From the IMG/VR virus record IMGVR_UViG_3300047650_000023: a stretch of 64,000 bases of DNA, one strand, 5' to 3'. The notes under the pieces were generated by a model. The model did not search any database, was not told where the DNA came from, and was given only the letters and a program-made list of their open reading frames with translations. Position numbers and translations under genes: made by a program. This stretch comes from a virus. How positions within the stretch are numbered: the first letter of the stretch is position 1; every line of letters begins with the position of its first letter. This document shows positions 63,716 to 64,000 of this stretch, piece by piece.

Positions 63716-64000
63716 CTAATCTATTCGTACCCAAATAAAATCTTCTCCACTTTCATTCATCAATTCTTCAAATAAATCTTTATTACAATTCATATCCTTA
63801 GTAATTTCAGGTAATTTCTCTCTTGTAATTTTATATTTGGTTTTCATTGGTTTATAACATCCCCAACAAGCATATTTTGATTCATTATCCTTGTTCTCAC
63901 AACTGTCACAAGGACTATCTTGTTCTAAATTATAGTTATAAAAATTAGGCATTTCAGCATATCCGTTTTCATCTATTAGTTTATTTTTAGAATTAGTAAA
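63716..64000 (-). CDS. Hypothetical protein, 5' end outside the window
   Basis: Frame open from the right edge through the ORF-track ATG at 63952. Confidence 0.5.
   Translation of the reverse strand, partial: FTNSKNKLIDENGYAEMPNFYNYNLEQDSPCDSCENKDNESKYACWGCYKPMKTKYKITREKLPEITKDMNCNKDLFEELMNESGEDFIWVRID

Overview
A very AT-rich 64 kb segment of a large temperate siphovirus of an anaerobic Firmicute (Clostridia-like host inferred), organised like SPbeta-type phages. No host chromosome is present. The left arm (1-12.4 kb, + strand) holds the end of the tail module, a radical SAM/SPASM maturase with a Cys-repeat substrate, RepL-like/HNH and GIY-YIG genes and a signal-peptide GH25 endolysin. It ends in a 53-codon copy of the 5' end of a host yyaL/DUF255-type gene and an intact-looking 48-bp attP, next to a convergent large serine integrase. 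The right arm (12.4-64 kb, - strand) holds nucleotide metabolism (dut, FNT channel, nrdG/nrdD, nucleotidase, gmk, thyX-like), a long array of small accessory ORFs, ligA, a sigma factor, two DNA methyltransferases, a RecD2/DnaE/primase/DnaB replication block and more accessory ORFs. Main observations: (1) about 31 copies of a palindromic site with a fixed 6-bp spacer at or near gene junctions of the right arm, with tyrosine-recombinase-site geometry; (2) a RiPP-like Cys-repeat/radical SAM cassette in the tail operon; (3) the attP with its phage-borne copy of the target gene start; (4) an unannotated ~150-nt structured RNA candidate; (5) translational oddities (ATA starts, an RBS-sequestering hairpin, a frameshift on a slippery-like run). 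All calls come from manual motif reading; no database searches or folding programs were run.
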